From sequence record OP172796.1: a stretch of DNA of 64,000 nucleotides; one strand, written 5' to 3'. The stretch comes from Escherichia phage EF202P1. The notes beneath the pieces are model-generated. The model saw only the letters and a program-made list of their open reading frames with translations. It did no database searches and had not been told where the DNA came from. Each line of letters starts with the position of its first letter. Positions within the stretch are counted from its first letter, which is position 1. The position numbers and the translations under genes were made by a program. Of the stretch, positions 17,971-27,461 are shown one piece after another.

Positions 17971-18486
17971 TTATTTAACCTCAAAAACTGGTTCAAGAAC
18001 CAATATAAAGTCTACACAGTCATCTTCTTCATCCAGAATACCATCAAAGTTCTTAGGAACGAAGTCGAAGAGGCTCATAGAGTAGCGGTCAGAAGTAATC
18101 CTGATAGCCCCTCCGATATTCTCTACAGTTAATATTGTACGGCTTTCTGTTACCTCACTAAGAAGATTACTTACAAAGTCATCCAAGAAGTACTTCATCA
18201 GTGACTTAAAACCTTTAGGATAATCTGTACCAGAGTATGTTTCAATCTGCGGAACAAGCTTAACATTTATACTAGTCTTTGTTAAGAATGTGCTAGAGAA
18301 CATACTATCAGGTAACTTACAAACAGTCTTTCCAGTACCTTCATGTTCAATCTCAACAAAACCAGCTTCGTCGCCACATGTAACTATTTTAAAAGATGCT
18401 TCATTCTCATACTGTGAAGCCATAAACTTTTTAAGCATCACTTTAAGAAAGTCTGCATGAGCATCTTGTAAGTAGATATCAATCAT
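17971..18486 (-). CDS. hypothetical protein
   Basis: ORF in minus-strand operon; no motif. Confidence 0.4.
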   Translation of the reverse strand: MIDIYLQDAHADFLKVMLKKFMASQYENEASFKIVTCGDEAGFVEIEHEGTGKTVCKLPDSMFSSTFLTKTSINVKLVPQIETYSGTDYPKGFKSLMKYFLDDFVSNLLSEVTESRTILTVENIGGAIRITSDRYSMSLFDFVPKNFDGILDEEDDCVDFILVLEPVFEVK

Positions 18487-18499
18487 AGTTAATCACCTA

Positions 18500-18859
18500 T
18501 TATGGGAACAGACACTTAATGTCATCATTTTTGAAAACGAAACTTGTGTAGTTGTGACCATCAACATCCAGCCAAACAGCCTGAACATCTACACCATCAA
18601 GATTCTGGTAAAGCTCTTTGATGAAGTGGTCTTTTACAATCTGACTGCTAGTGGTTTCCAGCTTAATGTTTGAGATTGCTGAACCTACAGCCATATAACC
18701 CATGACACGTTTCTTCTCAGTATGCTTAATCTTACCATCTTTGTAAGCCATAATGAGATTGGAAAGAATCTTCACACCGTAATACTTTTCAAGGTGTGTA
18801 GGTACACCATAAAAGCCTAATGCGAAGTTTTCAGAGTGGATAATGTTTTCACGTTTCAT
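18500..18859 (-). CDS. hypothetical protein
   Basis: ORF in minus-strand operon; no motif. Confidence 0.4.
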   Translation of the reverse strand: MKRENIIHSENFALGFYGVPTHLEKYYGVKILSNLIMAYKDGKIKHTEKKRVMGYMAVGSAISNIKLETTSSQIVKDHFIKELYQNLDGVDVQAVWLDVDGHNYTSFVFKNDDIKCLFP

Positions 18860-18860
18860 A

Positions 18861-19160
18861 TTAATCTGCCAACCTTAAATTAAAATTAACACCAAATTTT
18901 TCACATACTTCCAACATAAACTCAAGAGAGACATTACCAGTGAGATTGATTATGTTGGATACACGAGCCTGAGAGATACCACAAATTTTAGCAACTTGCT
19001 CTTGAGAAAGACCTCTGGATTTAATCTCTCTCTTAAAACGATGTGCAACGAAGTCTCGCATTTCGTCTACATCCATTGGACAAATATAACTCTCCATTTC
19101 AGCCTCTCTGTCAGCCTCCCAATCATCTTGTGGAGCATAAGGGTCAAAAACCTCATTCAT
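18861..19160 (-). CDS. XRE-family helix-turn-helix transcriptional regulator
   Basis: HTH motif LSQEQVAKICGISQARVSNI; start moved to internal ATG (MNEVF). Confidence 0.5.
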   Translation of the reverse strand: MNEVFDPYAPQDDWEADREAEMESYICPMDVDEMRDFVAHRFKREIKSRGLSQEQVAKICGISQARVSNIINLTGNVSLEFMLEVCEKFGVNFNLRLAD

Positions 19161-19365
19161 CTTTCTTCTTCCGTTTGCGTGAAGTGTCAATCAATGAATC
19201 TATGTTTGTAGCCCTAACCTTTTCACGTTCATCGTTAAGATAATCGTCGAGAGCCTTTTCAATCTGTGAATCATCTTGACAGATAACTGTAAAGACTGTA
19301 AAGCCGTCTGTATCATCAATTATCTTACCATAACCGCTTCTGGGATGTAACTTTTTAAGAGCCAT
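19153..19365 (-). CDS. hypothetical protein
   Basis: 70-aa ORF, basic C-terminus. Confidence 0.3.
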   Translation of the reverse strand: MALKKLHPRSGYGKIIDDTDGFTVFTVICQDDSQIEKALDDYLNDEREKVRATNIDSLIDTSRKRKKKDE

Positions 19366-19366
19366 A

Positions 19367-19750
19367 TCAAATACCTGTGCAGCTTCTGTTTTCTAAGAAA
19401 TACTCAACACCATACATAGCTTTTTGCATCAAATCTTCTTTAAACTGAATACGATGATTAAGCATAGCCTGTACATCAATATCATCATGGTGCTTCTCTT
19501 TAATATTTGCAGATTGCAGGAAATACTCTGCAAGAACACGATACTGATAGTCAGTTACCTTGTCAGTCATCTCTGTTAAAGACTCTTCAGAGATTGGTTT
19601 AAGTAACTCACCATTAGCCAAAGCAACACCTTTTACAATCTGGCAAGTGTCTTCTGGAACACCTGATAAGTCCACATTTGGAAGTTCTGTTGCATTGACT
19701 GGTAAATTCATTGCCATAACCATTGCAGCAGCTAATAAAATCTTTTTCAT
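19367..19750 (-). CDS. secreted/periplasmic protein with signal peptide
   Basis: N-terminal MKKILLAAAMVMAMNLPVNA signal-peptide-like segment; first gene of minus-strand operon. Confidence 0.45.
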   Translation of the reverse strand: MKKILLAAAMVMAMNLPVNATELPNVDLSGVPEDTCQIVKGVALANGELLKPISEESLTEMTDKVTDYQYRVLAEYFLQSANIKEKHHDDIDVQAMLNHRIQFKEDLMQKAMYGVEYFLENRSCTGI

Positions 19751-19970
19751 AATGACCTCAAAGTTATATTAAATTTTGTATTACATTGAGTATAAAAATA
19801 AGCTATAACACCTGACTTGTCAACAGATTTTATAGCTTATTTGGCAGATTTTTTATAAGGCTACTGCCATCCTTCCATACCTTACTTTACCGTACCTGAC
19901 AGTACAACACTTCAACTTACCCAACCACATAATACCCCACCTTATTAAAAGACCCTCTTAAAGACCTTTT

Positions 19971-20013
19971 AAAAAGGTAAGTCTCATTTTAATGTAGCTG
20001 AGACTAACTACCC
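19971..20013 (-). terminator. minus-strand hairpin with T-run (repeat unit terminator)
   Basis: On minus strand GGTAGTTAGTCTC-loop-GAGACTTACC then TTTTT. Confidence 0.45.
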
Positions 20014-20239
20014 ATACTTTACCTCGCCTAACCGCACCCGAATCAACCGGACTAGACCAAGCCCCACTGCACATCACCGAACCAAACATTACTTAAAAAC
20101 CCTTTTAAAAGACTCTTAAGTGATGTAATCGAATTTTTATGTAGTTCCGATTAACTACCCTTACCAGACATTACCGTACCTGACCCTACATAACCACTCC
20201 TTACCAAGCTCAACCTCATTAAAAGACCCTGTTTAAAGA

Positions 20240-20268
20240 CCTTTTAAAAAGGAGCCTCCGAAGAGGCT
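20240..20268 (-). terminator. minus-strand intrinsic terminator after cassette gene 20280..20720
   Basis: On minus strand AGCCTC-UUCG-GAGGCT then CCTTTTT. Confidence 0.6.
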
Positions 20269-20279
20269 ACCTAGTCAAC

Positions 20280-20720
20280 TTAGAAAGGCTTTCTACGTTG
20301 CTTGTTAATATTAGCTTTCATAGCAGCTAAGTGGTTTTGCTGTTCAATCAGTCGTGAACGTTCTTGATGACTAAGTGCCATAGTGTTCACATTCTCAATC
20401 GCTTGAGTGGCTTGCTTTAAAGCACGACCAATCTTACCAGACATTTTGCGTTTTGCAATAGTTGCTTGATGCTTAGGTTCAACCACACGATAACCAACAC
20501 CCATTGAAGCAACCAGATAAATCTTCTCTTCTTTAAGAAGCTTCTCAATAAACTTCTCAAGTCGGTTTAGACGTGTAAGTGCATAAGCCTTCATTTCATC
20601 TTCGTACTTAACAATGTCACCTTGATAAGTTGGCTTCACAATACCTAAGAAGGTATCCATCTCAGAATGTGATACAGTGTCACCGTAACTAAACTTTGCT
20701 GCTAATGCTTTTGTATTCAT
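20280..20720 (-). CDS. hypothetical protein (isolated cassette gene 2)
   Basis: 146 aa, basic C-terminus; followed on minus strand by UUCG-loop terminator. Confidence 0.45.
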   Translation of the reverse strand: MNTKALAAKFSYGDTVSHSEMDTFLGIVKPTYQGDIVKYEDEMKAYALTRLNRLEKFIEKLLKEEKIYLVASMGVGYRVVEPKHQATIAKRKMSGKIGRALKQATQAIENVNTMALSHQERSRLIEQQNHLAAMKANINKQRRKPF

Positions 20721-20722
20721 AA

Positions 20723-21355
<633 letters not shown>

Positions 21356-21359
21356 GAAC

Positions 21360-21697
21360 CCTCAACAGAAGACTCTTTAGAAACTTGGTAGATTTTTAAT
21401 GTGGCTACTACCATCCACCCATACCATGCCACACCACACCGGACCTTACCTAACCCGACCTTACCATACCTGACCTAACCCTACCATACATTATTAAAAG
21501 ACCCTGTTTAAAGACCTTTTAAAAAGGTAAGTCTCATTTTTATGTAGCTGAGACTAACTACCCACACCAAACCATAGCATACATCGCATTACCGGACAGA
21601 ACCATACTTTACCAAACATCACTTAAAAACCCTCTTAGAAGACTCTTAAGTGATGCTGGTGAGTACCCGTTGGTTTATGCTGCTCAGTATACTCACC
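21360..21697. repeat. second copy of the same intergenic unit family (two to three units)
   Basis: Same boxes and hairpins as 19866..20268, ending in GGTGAGTA/TACTCACC stem. Confidence 0.6.
21521..21563 (-). terminator. minus-strand hairpin with T-run downstream of ligase
   Basis: Same AGTCTC/GAGACT hairpin unit as at 19971..20013. Confidence 0.45.
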
Positions 21698-21719
21698 AAA
21701 TTTTCTATGTCAACAACTT

Positions 21720-22820
21720 TTATTCATAATCTCGTATAACCAGCCCAACAGGGAACTGTAAAGACCCCTTACGAGTCATCTTCTGGAACTGTACCGTTAA
21801 AGGTTTCCCGATAAACTCTTCAGGATGCTCAGCAAGATACTGTTTCTTCTCATGAGTAGTCTTCCATGAGACATCTACAAAGACATTAGGAAGAGTCTCT
21901 ACAACGAACTTGCCATGACCACGTTTATCTGTCTTTACACCAGTCACTTTAAACTCTTCAGTGTGCATCTTCTTGTGCTTAATCAAGAAGTATGAACGGT
22001 GACAACACTCATAGAAGGAGTCTTCAGAGATTGAACGGTACATTGCACCTTCAAACTTAGCTTCAACCCACTTATCATGAGCTTCATCAAACTCTTCCCA
22101 AGAATTTACACGACGAGACTTAACAGGAACAACTTTACAGCTGTCTCTGAAGTCATTCAATGGTGAAGTCTCAATAATATCTCTACGCTCAGGCCACGTC
22201 ATAGTACTGTCACAGATATCGTACCAGTAGAACTGGAGTAGATGTCGGTCTGGATTGTCAGCATTCTTAATCATAGACACAATATCTTCTAAGTCCCAAC
22301 CATGAGCATAAATCTCACCATCAAAGTCTTCGACTTGTGGATGCAATTTAAGCAACAAAAGCAAATCTGGGATTAGTTCTTCTGGGACGTTGTAAATAGT
22401 ATTCTCACGAGAATAAGCCGTGAAGCTAACTAAATCAGCATCTCTTGAAATTCTACAACGAACACCATCAAGTTTTGGTTGAGCATCAGCAGGGAATATC
22501 AAATACTTTGCATGACTAACCTTTGCAGCATCATGAGCAAGCTGCACACCTACCTTCTCAGTATTCTGTGCAGACTCTTTTGTGTAAGCATAACCTTTGC
22601 GGTCAACCTGCTTTTTATACTTTGCAGCAACTTCAAAGAGAGCTTGCTGTTCAGCGTTACGCTCATTCTTTTTACCGATGTTTTTAGGTTCTGCTGTATA
22701 CTCTTCAAACATCATCTTGCCATTTTCTTTACCGTAGGTTGTAATAACTTTGTCACCTACAGCAACACATGACCAGACGTTAAAAGAGCCGTCTTTATTT
22801 TGTTTGTACAGAATTGTCAT
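21720..22820 (-). CDS. ATP-dependent DNA ligase
   Basis: Adenylation motif I KLDGVRC; size about 366 aa from ATG with AGAGG RBS. Confidence 0.8.
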   Translation of the reverse strand: MTILYKQNKDGSFNVWSCVAVGDKVITTYGKENGKMMFEEYTAEPKNIGKKNERNAEQQALFEVAAKYKKQVDRKGYAYTKESAQNTEKVGVQLAHDAAKVSHAKYLIFPADAQPKLDGVRCRISRDADLVSFTAYSRENTIYNVPEELIPDLLLLLKLHPQVEDFDGEIYAHGWDLEDIVSMIKNADNPDRHLLQFYWYDICDSTMTWPERRDIIETSPLNDFRDSCKVVPVKSRRVNSWEEFDEAHDKWVEAKFEGAMYRSISEDSFYECCHRSYFLIKHKKMHTEEFKVTGVKTDKRGHGKFVVETLPNVFVDVSWKTTHEKKQYLAEHPEEFIGKPLTVQFQKMTRKGSLQFPVGLVIRDYE

Positions 22821-23013
22821 TTTTAACCTCTGAGTGATACCAAGTATTGCAAGCATTACATGCGTAAAGTTCTAAGTCATTTTTATCTGGTTTATGAAAA
22901 CAGTTTGCTCCACAGTGGCAACGAAACGGCTTTCCACCAACTGTCAGGATGAAGGATTGAACCTTTCCATCAGGAGTCCGTACAGCATTTTTATGCTTAT
23001 CTTCTTTATTCAT
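22795..23013 (-). CDS. zinc-finger small protein
   Basis: CHCGANC ... CNACN motif. Confidence 0.4.
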   Translation of the reverse strand: MNKEDKHKNAVRTPDGKVQSFILTVGGKPFRCHCGANCFHKPDKNDLELYACNACNTWYHSEVKNDNSVQTK

Positions 23014-23169
23014 TTGTGATATTGCCTTTGTCAGATTTCATATAGGACATGTTACTATGCCTTTTAATAAAATGTACAACGCATTTTGGTGTATCTTTTG
23101 TGTCTTTGATGTGCAATCTATCGAAACTGTGTACTGTGAAGGTTGCATCTGTCATTGTCTGCTTAGATT

Positions 23170-23376
23170 TCATTTTCTCTTACCACCAATCTCTACGTCA
23201 ATGACTTGAACATCACCAGCAACATCAAACTTATGAATGATGCTTTCCACAGTGTAAGTCCAACCCTCGATTCGAACCAACTCACCTTCTCGTGGGACGA
23301 TTGGGTTACGTTGAGCTACGGTTGTAGTGGAGTGAACAACATCATAACAGTAGATATAGTTTACTAGGACTTCCAT
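23170..23376 (-). CDS. hypothetical protein
   Basis: 68 aa from ATG with GAGG RBS, chosen to avoid overlap with lipoprotein gene. Confidence 0.3.
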   Translation of the reverse strand: MEVLVNYIYCYDVVHSTTTVAQRNPIVPREGELVRIEGWTYTVESIIHKFDVAGDVQVIDVEIGGKRK

Positions 23377-23386
23377 CTTGAAAACC

Positions 23387-23623
23387 TCACTCAATAACAG
23401 TAGTGTGTGATTGACCATTTTTGCCATAGCTATAAGATGTTGTTGTTTGAGAGTTTGGACATCTGACAACAACAATATCTCTGCTTATGGCATCACCATG
23501 TAACTTATAGACTTTGCAATCTTGCATCTCTGGTGGGAGGCTATAAGAAGCATTTTTGTCCTCGTAAGAGGGATTACAGCCAGATAGAAGGATAACACTA
23601 AGCACAATTACTGCTTTCCACAT
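23387..23623 (-). CDS. lipoprotein (candidate superinfection-exclusion/receptor-masking protein)
   Basis: MWKAVIVLSVILLSGC signal peptide with lipobox LSGC; AGGAGA RBS. Confidence 0.5.
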   Translation of the reverse strand: MWKAVIVLSVILLSGCNPSYEDKNASYSLPPEMQDCKVYKLHGDAISRDIVVVRCPNSQTTTSYSYGKNGQSHTTVIE

Positions 23624-23636
23624 AATACTTCTCCTA

Positions 23637-23795
23637 TTACTGTTCACGATGTTCTACTTCTCTGTACGTTCGTCGATAGTTTATAATAAGCTGTGCTAAC
23701 TCGTTGCTTTTAACATCTGAACGTAGAAGTTGCCAATCAAAACCTTTACCGACTCTTCCATACAAACTAAAGAATTTTACTTTGCGTTTCATTTT
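23637..23795 (-). CDS. small basic protein (not in ORF track, <60 aa)
   Basis: 52-aa ORF MKRKVKFFSLYGRVGKG... starting 12 nt after stop of 23810..24022 with GGAGA RBS; hand-derived coordinates. Confidence 0.3.
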   Translation of the reverse strand, partial: KMKRKVKFFSLYGRVGKGFDWQLLRSDVKSNELAQLIINYRRTYREVEHREQ

Positions 23796-24060
23796 GGTAT
23801 CTCCAATACTCAGATGTCAATGCTAATACGTTCACCCTTAAGGACTCCTGTACGGTCCCTTGCAATCTTACCGTCAACAATAAGGATATGTGCAGACCTT
23901 AAAGATTCGCCATTAAAAGCTTTTACGAACTTACAAGGCATTACCACAATAGACATCTCCTGAATCAACTCTGGAGTATAGCAATTGTCGTGAAGTTGCT
24001 GAATAACGTCTGCAAGTGTCATTTTTGATGTCTCCAATATTCAATGTCAATAAGTTCTTG
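23790..24060 (-). repeat. tandem duplication junctions of small-gene module
   Basis: CATTTTGGTATCTCCAATACTCAGATGTCAATGC (about 23793) vs CATTTTTGATGTCTCCAATATTCAATGTCAATAAG (about 24020). Confidence 0.5.
23810..24022 (-). CDS. small protein, paralogue B of duplicated module
   Basis: MTLADVIQQLHDNCY...GKIARDRTGVLKGERISI aligns with 24225..24443. Confidence 0.45.
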   Translation of the reverse strand: MTLADVIQQLHDNCYTPELIQEMSIVVMPCKFVKAFNGESLRSAHILIVDGKIARDRTGVLKGERISIDI

Positions 24061-24228
24061 TGCAATGCTTTTCAGATTACCTTTCAAGAAAACCTTCTCA
24101 GAACCTGAAAGAGATGAATTGTCAATTAACCTGTTCATTCTCTCAAACAACTTCTGCTTACGGTTCTTGATAGTTTCCTTTGAAGCACCTTTCATCATCG
24201 CTGCATGGGTTCTTCCACGGTGGCTCAT
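24019..24228 (-). CDS. small basic protein
   Basis: 69 aa, Lys/Arg-rich; ATGA overlaps with both neighbours. Confidence 0.35.
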   Translation of the reverse strand: MSHRGRTHAAMMKGASKETIKNRKQKLFERMNRLIDNSSLSGSEKVFLKGNLKSIAQELIDIEYWRHQK

Positions 24229-24443
24229 AGTAAACTCTCAATATTTACACGCTCACCTTTTAAGTAGCCTGTCTTATCTTTTGCGATTTTACCTCCAGCA
24301 ATAAAGATATCTACTCTACGTAGAACTTCAGGGTTTACCTTCAAATTCCTACAGCTACTGCAAAGAACAATAAACATCCCTTCAATCTCTTTTTGAGAAT
24401 AACCTGCACATTGCAACTGAACTTCAATCTCTGAAAGTGTCAT
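24225..24443 (-). CDS. small protein, paralogue A of duplicated module
   Basis: MTLSEIEVQLQCAGY...GKIAKDKTGYLKGERVNI aligns with 23810..24022. Confidence 0.45.
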   Translation of the reverse strand: MTLSEIEVQLQCAGYSQKEIEGMFIVLCSSCRNLKVNPEVLRRVDIFIAGGKIAKDKTGYLKGERVNIESLL

Positions 24444-24504
24444 GTGACCTCCTATACAAGATATAGTATAAGGTACTCTTCCATGAGCACCTTGTCAATA
24501 CTAA

Positions 24505-27204
24505 TTAGTGTACTTCAAGCCAGCTTTTGCCAACCTTACCAGTGCCTGTAACAAGCGTTTCTTTCTTAAGACCTAAGTTTTTAGAAGCTTGTCCATAATA
24601 CCAGTCAGTAACTGCTTTCACATCTGCCGTCATACTCTCTGGACATTCCCAACTCGTCTCGTCGTGATATGCGCAGAGCAAACGAGCACCAATAGCTGGT
24701 TGACGACCATTCAACTTCATCAAACCTTCGTCAATCATACGACGACAAGCAAGGTTAATCGCCTCATTTTGAATCTGAGCCTCTGAACCCATCAAAAGAT
24801 AGTTCAACAGCTTGTGTGGAGATTTACACCACAACCAAGCTCCAGCAACCTTTACAAAACCCCCTTTAGAGATTGCAGCGGTCTTACCAAACACCTCTTC
24901 AAGTGCCTTCTTAGTCGCTTTGTAGTCAGCTTCCAAGTCATCTAGCAGCTTCTTAATTTTAGGCAAACGAATAAAGTAAGTCTGTTTAGTCAGTGCACCT
25001 TCCTGAGTAGTTGCAGCTTTAATCGTCTTAGCAAACTTCTCGTCACCTGCACCGAACAGTAGTGCATAGATACCATTCTTAGCTTTCTTACGACCCTTGC
25101 TAATCTCATGAAGAAGGTTCTCATCCTGAGTAGCTCGACAAGTCAAGATATCCTGCTCATCATTCAAGCTAAAGTAAATACTGTTCAGTGTGTGTGCATC
25201 AGTCCCTGAATAGACAACGTAAAGGTCGTTCTCAGAGTCATAGCGAAGGTACTTATCAATCTCTGGGTTGAGGTACTCATCAAAGTGTTTGCAGTAATAG
25301 CGTCCATCTTCTTGACGAATAAACTCAATCTCTTCTTTACCTTGCGTTACCGCTTTGGTGAAGTCTTTGTCACCCATAAAGTTACAAAGAAGAACTAGCT
25401 GGGCTGAGTTCATGTCTACAGATACAACGTTAGTACCTTCTTCACAAATCCACACTGCCCTCATTGGTTCCCCATAGACAGCAGCACCAGACGGTACGTT
25501 TACAATACCATATTGTGTCATACGTCCAGTTGAAGTACCAAACACCATTGCACCAGCACTAAGGCGACCATCAGGACGAATCTGGTTCAACCAACCTTTT
25601 TCATCATCCTTTGAGTTCTCAATAGTTCTGCGTCGGTGCATCAAAGTATAGTATTTCGCAATCTTCTGTCCAAGCTCACCTTCAATCGTATCATAAGATG
25701 ATTCAGTAAGTTTTGGTGAAGTACGGATTAAACAAGGTTCAAGCAAATCTGTGTACTTCTTCACAGACCAGTTATGTTCAATGTACTGGACACCTTCATG
25801 TTCAACATAACTCAAACCGCACCGTTCAACCATCTCCTGCCATTTAGGATGCTTTGTAATCATCTTTTTGTTGTCTTTGAAGCGACAAACCTTAACAGGA
25901 CGACCATCAGAGTCTTTCTTATAGTTCCAGTCATCTGGAATCCAACCAACTGATTTCAAGTAGTCTTTAACAACTGCTACCTGAGTCATACGAGAAACTT
26001 CGAACTCAATTGGTGTATATGGTGCATCAATCAAACCTGTGTAGCGACTTGACTCAAGTTCAAAGTGGTTAACAATATGACTGTTATAGTACTTCACAGT
26101 TTTAACTGTTTTTACTGGCTTCCAGTCTTTGCATTTCTTACCAATCTTTGCGTTCAACTCATTGCAAATTGCACGAGCATCCTTCATTGCTACAAAACCT
26201 TCTTTGTACTCTTCACCAGTTACAGAGTTGGTTGGTGTATAGCAATTCCGCTTTTCAATGTTAAAAATCTTTGTAGTTGGCTTACCAAATGGCTTGATTT
26301 CGTATGTCTGCATCTCACCGTTACGTACCTGCTGACGATACTTCGTCTTAGGGTACTTGGTAATTCTCTTCAGTCCATCTGCATGACCGAATGCTTCAAC
26401 ATACTCATTCCAAGCTTTTGCAAATTCTTCTCCAGTGACTTTACCTTTAGTCTTAATAGTTGGAGGAAGATGTGGTTCAACTTCTGAAGCAAGCTCGTTA
26501 GTCAACTTGTCAAGTTCCTTTACATGAAACTCCATAAGCTCTTTATCAGCTTTCCAACCATTGATAGCTTGTTGACTCATCCAGAAAGATGTTTCTTTAG
26601 CTCGCATGTAGGTTTCATAGGTGTCTATGCCACACTTCTTTAGCTTCAGATATTCATTATCCAATGCACGTTTAGTTTTGGCGTTAATACGGATATCTTC
26701 CACAACACGAGTGAAGATTTCTGCATTCCACACACCCCAATGTTCAATCTCTGGTTTACGGACACCAACACGAGCACCCCATGCTGCCAAGCCATGAGCA
26801 CCTTTATAGCCTTTTGGAGTTGGTCTATCCATCCACTGAACACGAGACTGGATAAGAGAATCCTGAAAGAAATTACTCCACGGCTTACACTTTGGATTAT
26901 CAAAGTTCCACAAATCAGGTGCAATGTGATTGAAAACCCACCAGTCATACCCTAAACCATTATGGATGCAAAGTCGTTTTGCCTTTAACGCAAACTCAAT
27001 ACCTTCACGCAAACCACCCTTAATGTACTTGGTATACTTGTGACCGAGGATAGGCTCATCTGTAAAGACCCATACAGGTGGCTCTTCATCGTCAGATTTA
27101 TAGTCTGCGAAAGCCATTACGTGCACTTTAGTGAACTCAAGGAGTAAACCATCAGTTTCTGTATCACCAACTAAATGTAAGTTTTTAAAATCTACGTTTT
27201 CCAT
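24505..27204 (-). CDS. DNA polymerase, family A, with 3'-5' exonuclease domain
   Basis: Exo motif GDTETDGL; Pol A motifs (DMNSAQLVLL, KKAKNGIYALLFGAG, YHDE); start at ATG with GGAGGGAG RBS. Confidence 0.9.
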   Translation of the reverse strand: MENVDFKNLHLVGDTETDGLLLEFTKVHVMAFADYKSDDEEPPVWVFTDEPILGHKYTKYIKGGLREGIEFALKAKRLCIHNGLGYDWWVFNHIAPDLWNFDNPKCKPWSNFFQDSLIQSRVQWMDRPTPKGYKGAHGLAAWGARVGVRKPEIEHWGVWNAEIFTRVVEDIRINAKTKRALDNEYLKLKKCGIDTYETYMRAKETSFWMSQQAINGWKADKELMEFHVKELDKLTNELASEVEPHLPPTIKTKGKVTGEEFAKAWNEYVEAFGHADGLKRITKYPKTKYRQQVRNGEMQTYEIKPFGKPTTKIFNIEKRNCYTPTNSVTGEEYKEGFVAMKDARAICNELNAKIGKKCKDWKPVKTVKTVKYYNSHIVNHFELESSRYTGLIDAPYTPIEFEVSRMTQVAVVKDYLKSVGWIPDDWNYKKDSDGRPVKVCRFKDNKKMITKHPKWQEMVERCGLSYVEHEGVQYIEHNWSVKKYTDLLEPCLIRTSPKLTESSYDTIEGELGQKIAKYYTLMHRRRTIENSKDDEKGWLNQIRPDGRLSAGAMVFGTSTGRMTQYGIVNVPSGAAVYGEPMRAVWICEEGTNVVSVDMNSAQLVLLCNFMGDKDFTKAVTQGKEEIEFIRQEDGRYYCKHFDEYLNPEIDKYLRYDSENDLYVVYSGTDAHTLNSIYFSLNDEQDILTCRATQDENLLHEISKGRKKAKNGIYALLFGAGDEKFAKTIKAATTQEGALTKQTYFIRLPKIKKLLDDLEADYKATKKALEEVFGKTAAISKGGFVKVAGAWLWCKSPHKLLNYLLMGSEAQIQNEAINLACRRMIDEGLMKLNGRQPAIGARLLCAYHDETSWECPESMTADVKAVTDWYYGQASKNLGLKKETLVTGTGKVGKSWLEVH

Positions 27205-27264
27205 TTTTACTCCCTCTAAAATCATTAACCTCATACATTACTGCAAAAAATTATAAAAAGCAAG

Positions 27265-27293
27265 TTGACAATGTACTTGACAAGGTGTTAATC
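27265..27293 (+). promoter_or_regulatory. candidate promoter in divergent AT-rich region (two TTGACA boxes)
   Basis: TTGACA at about 27265 and 27277; weak -10. Confidence 0.35.
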
Positions 27294-27461
27294 TTTGCGA
27301 AGTGGGTTTTTACTTAAAAGGTTACTTAACAGTTTAACTATACAGATACTTTAAAACTCTTAAAAGATTATTTAATAGCTTTTAAAAAGCTTTAAAGTAT
27401 AACGTATAGAATACGTTAAGATAAAAGATTAAAACTTAATAGTTACTTAAAAGAGGCTTAC

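Larger units (their letters stand above)
19866..20268. repeat. three tandem ~145-bp intergenic units (G-poor C/A-rich block, A/T box, hairpin)
   Basis: Repeated ATTAAAAGACCCT.TTAAAGACCTTTTAAAAAGG boxes and AGTCTC/GAGACT or TAATCG/CGATTA hairpins each followed by ...AACTACCC. Confidence 0.6.

Noticed and set aside
19866-20217. C/A-rich blocks with hairpins as tRNA genes (Felix O1-like phages carry tRNA clusters)
   Set aside because: No cloverleaf can be drawn: no GTTCGAATC-type T-loop, and the strand composition is too skewed (almost no G on one strand) to form acceptor and anticodon stems.
21411-21490. CCTAACCC-type periodicity as telomere-like repeats
   Set aside because: Only one to two imperfect copies; the pattern is better explained by general C/A-rich composition of these blocks.
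27241-27461. AT-rich 220-bp divergent region as replication origin
   Set aside because: It contains promoter-like TTGACA boxes and lies between divergently transcribed genes; no iterons or DnaA-box-like repeats seen, so divergent promoter region is the simpler reading.
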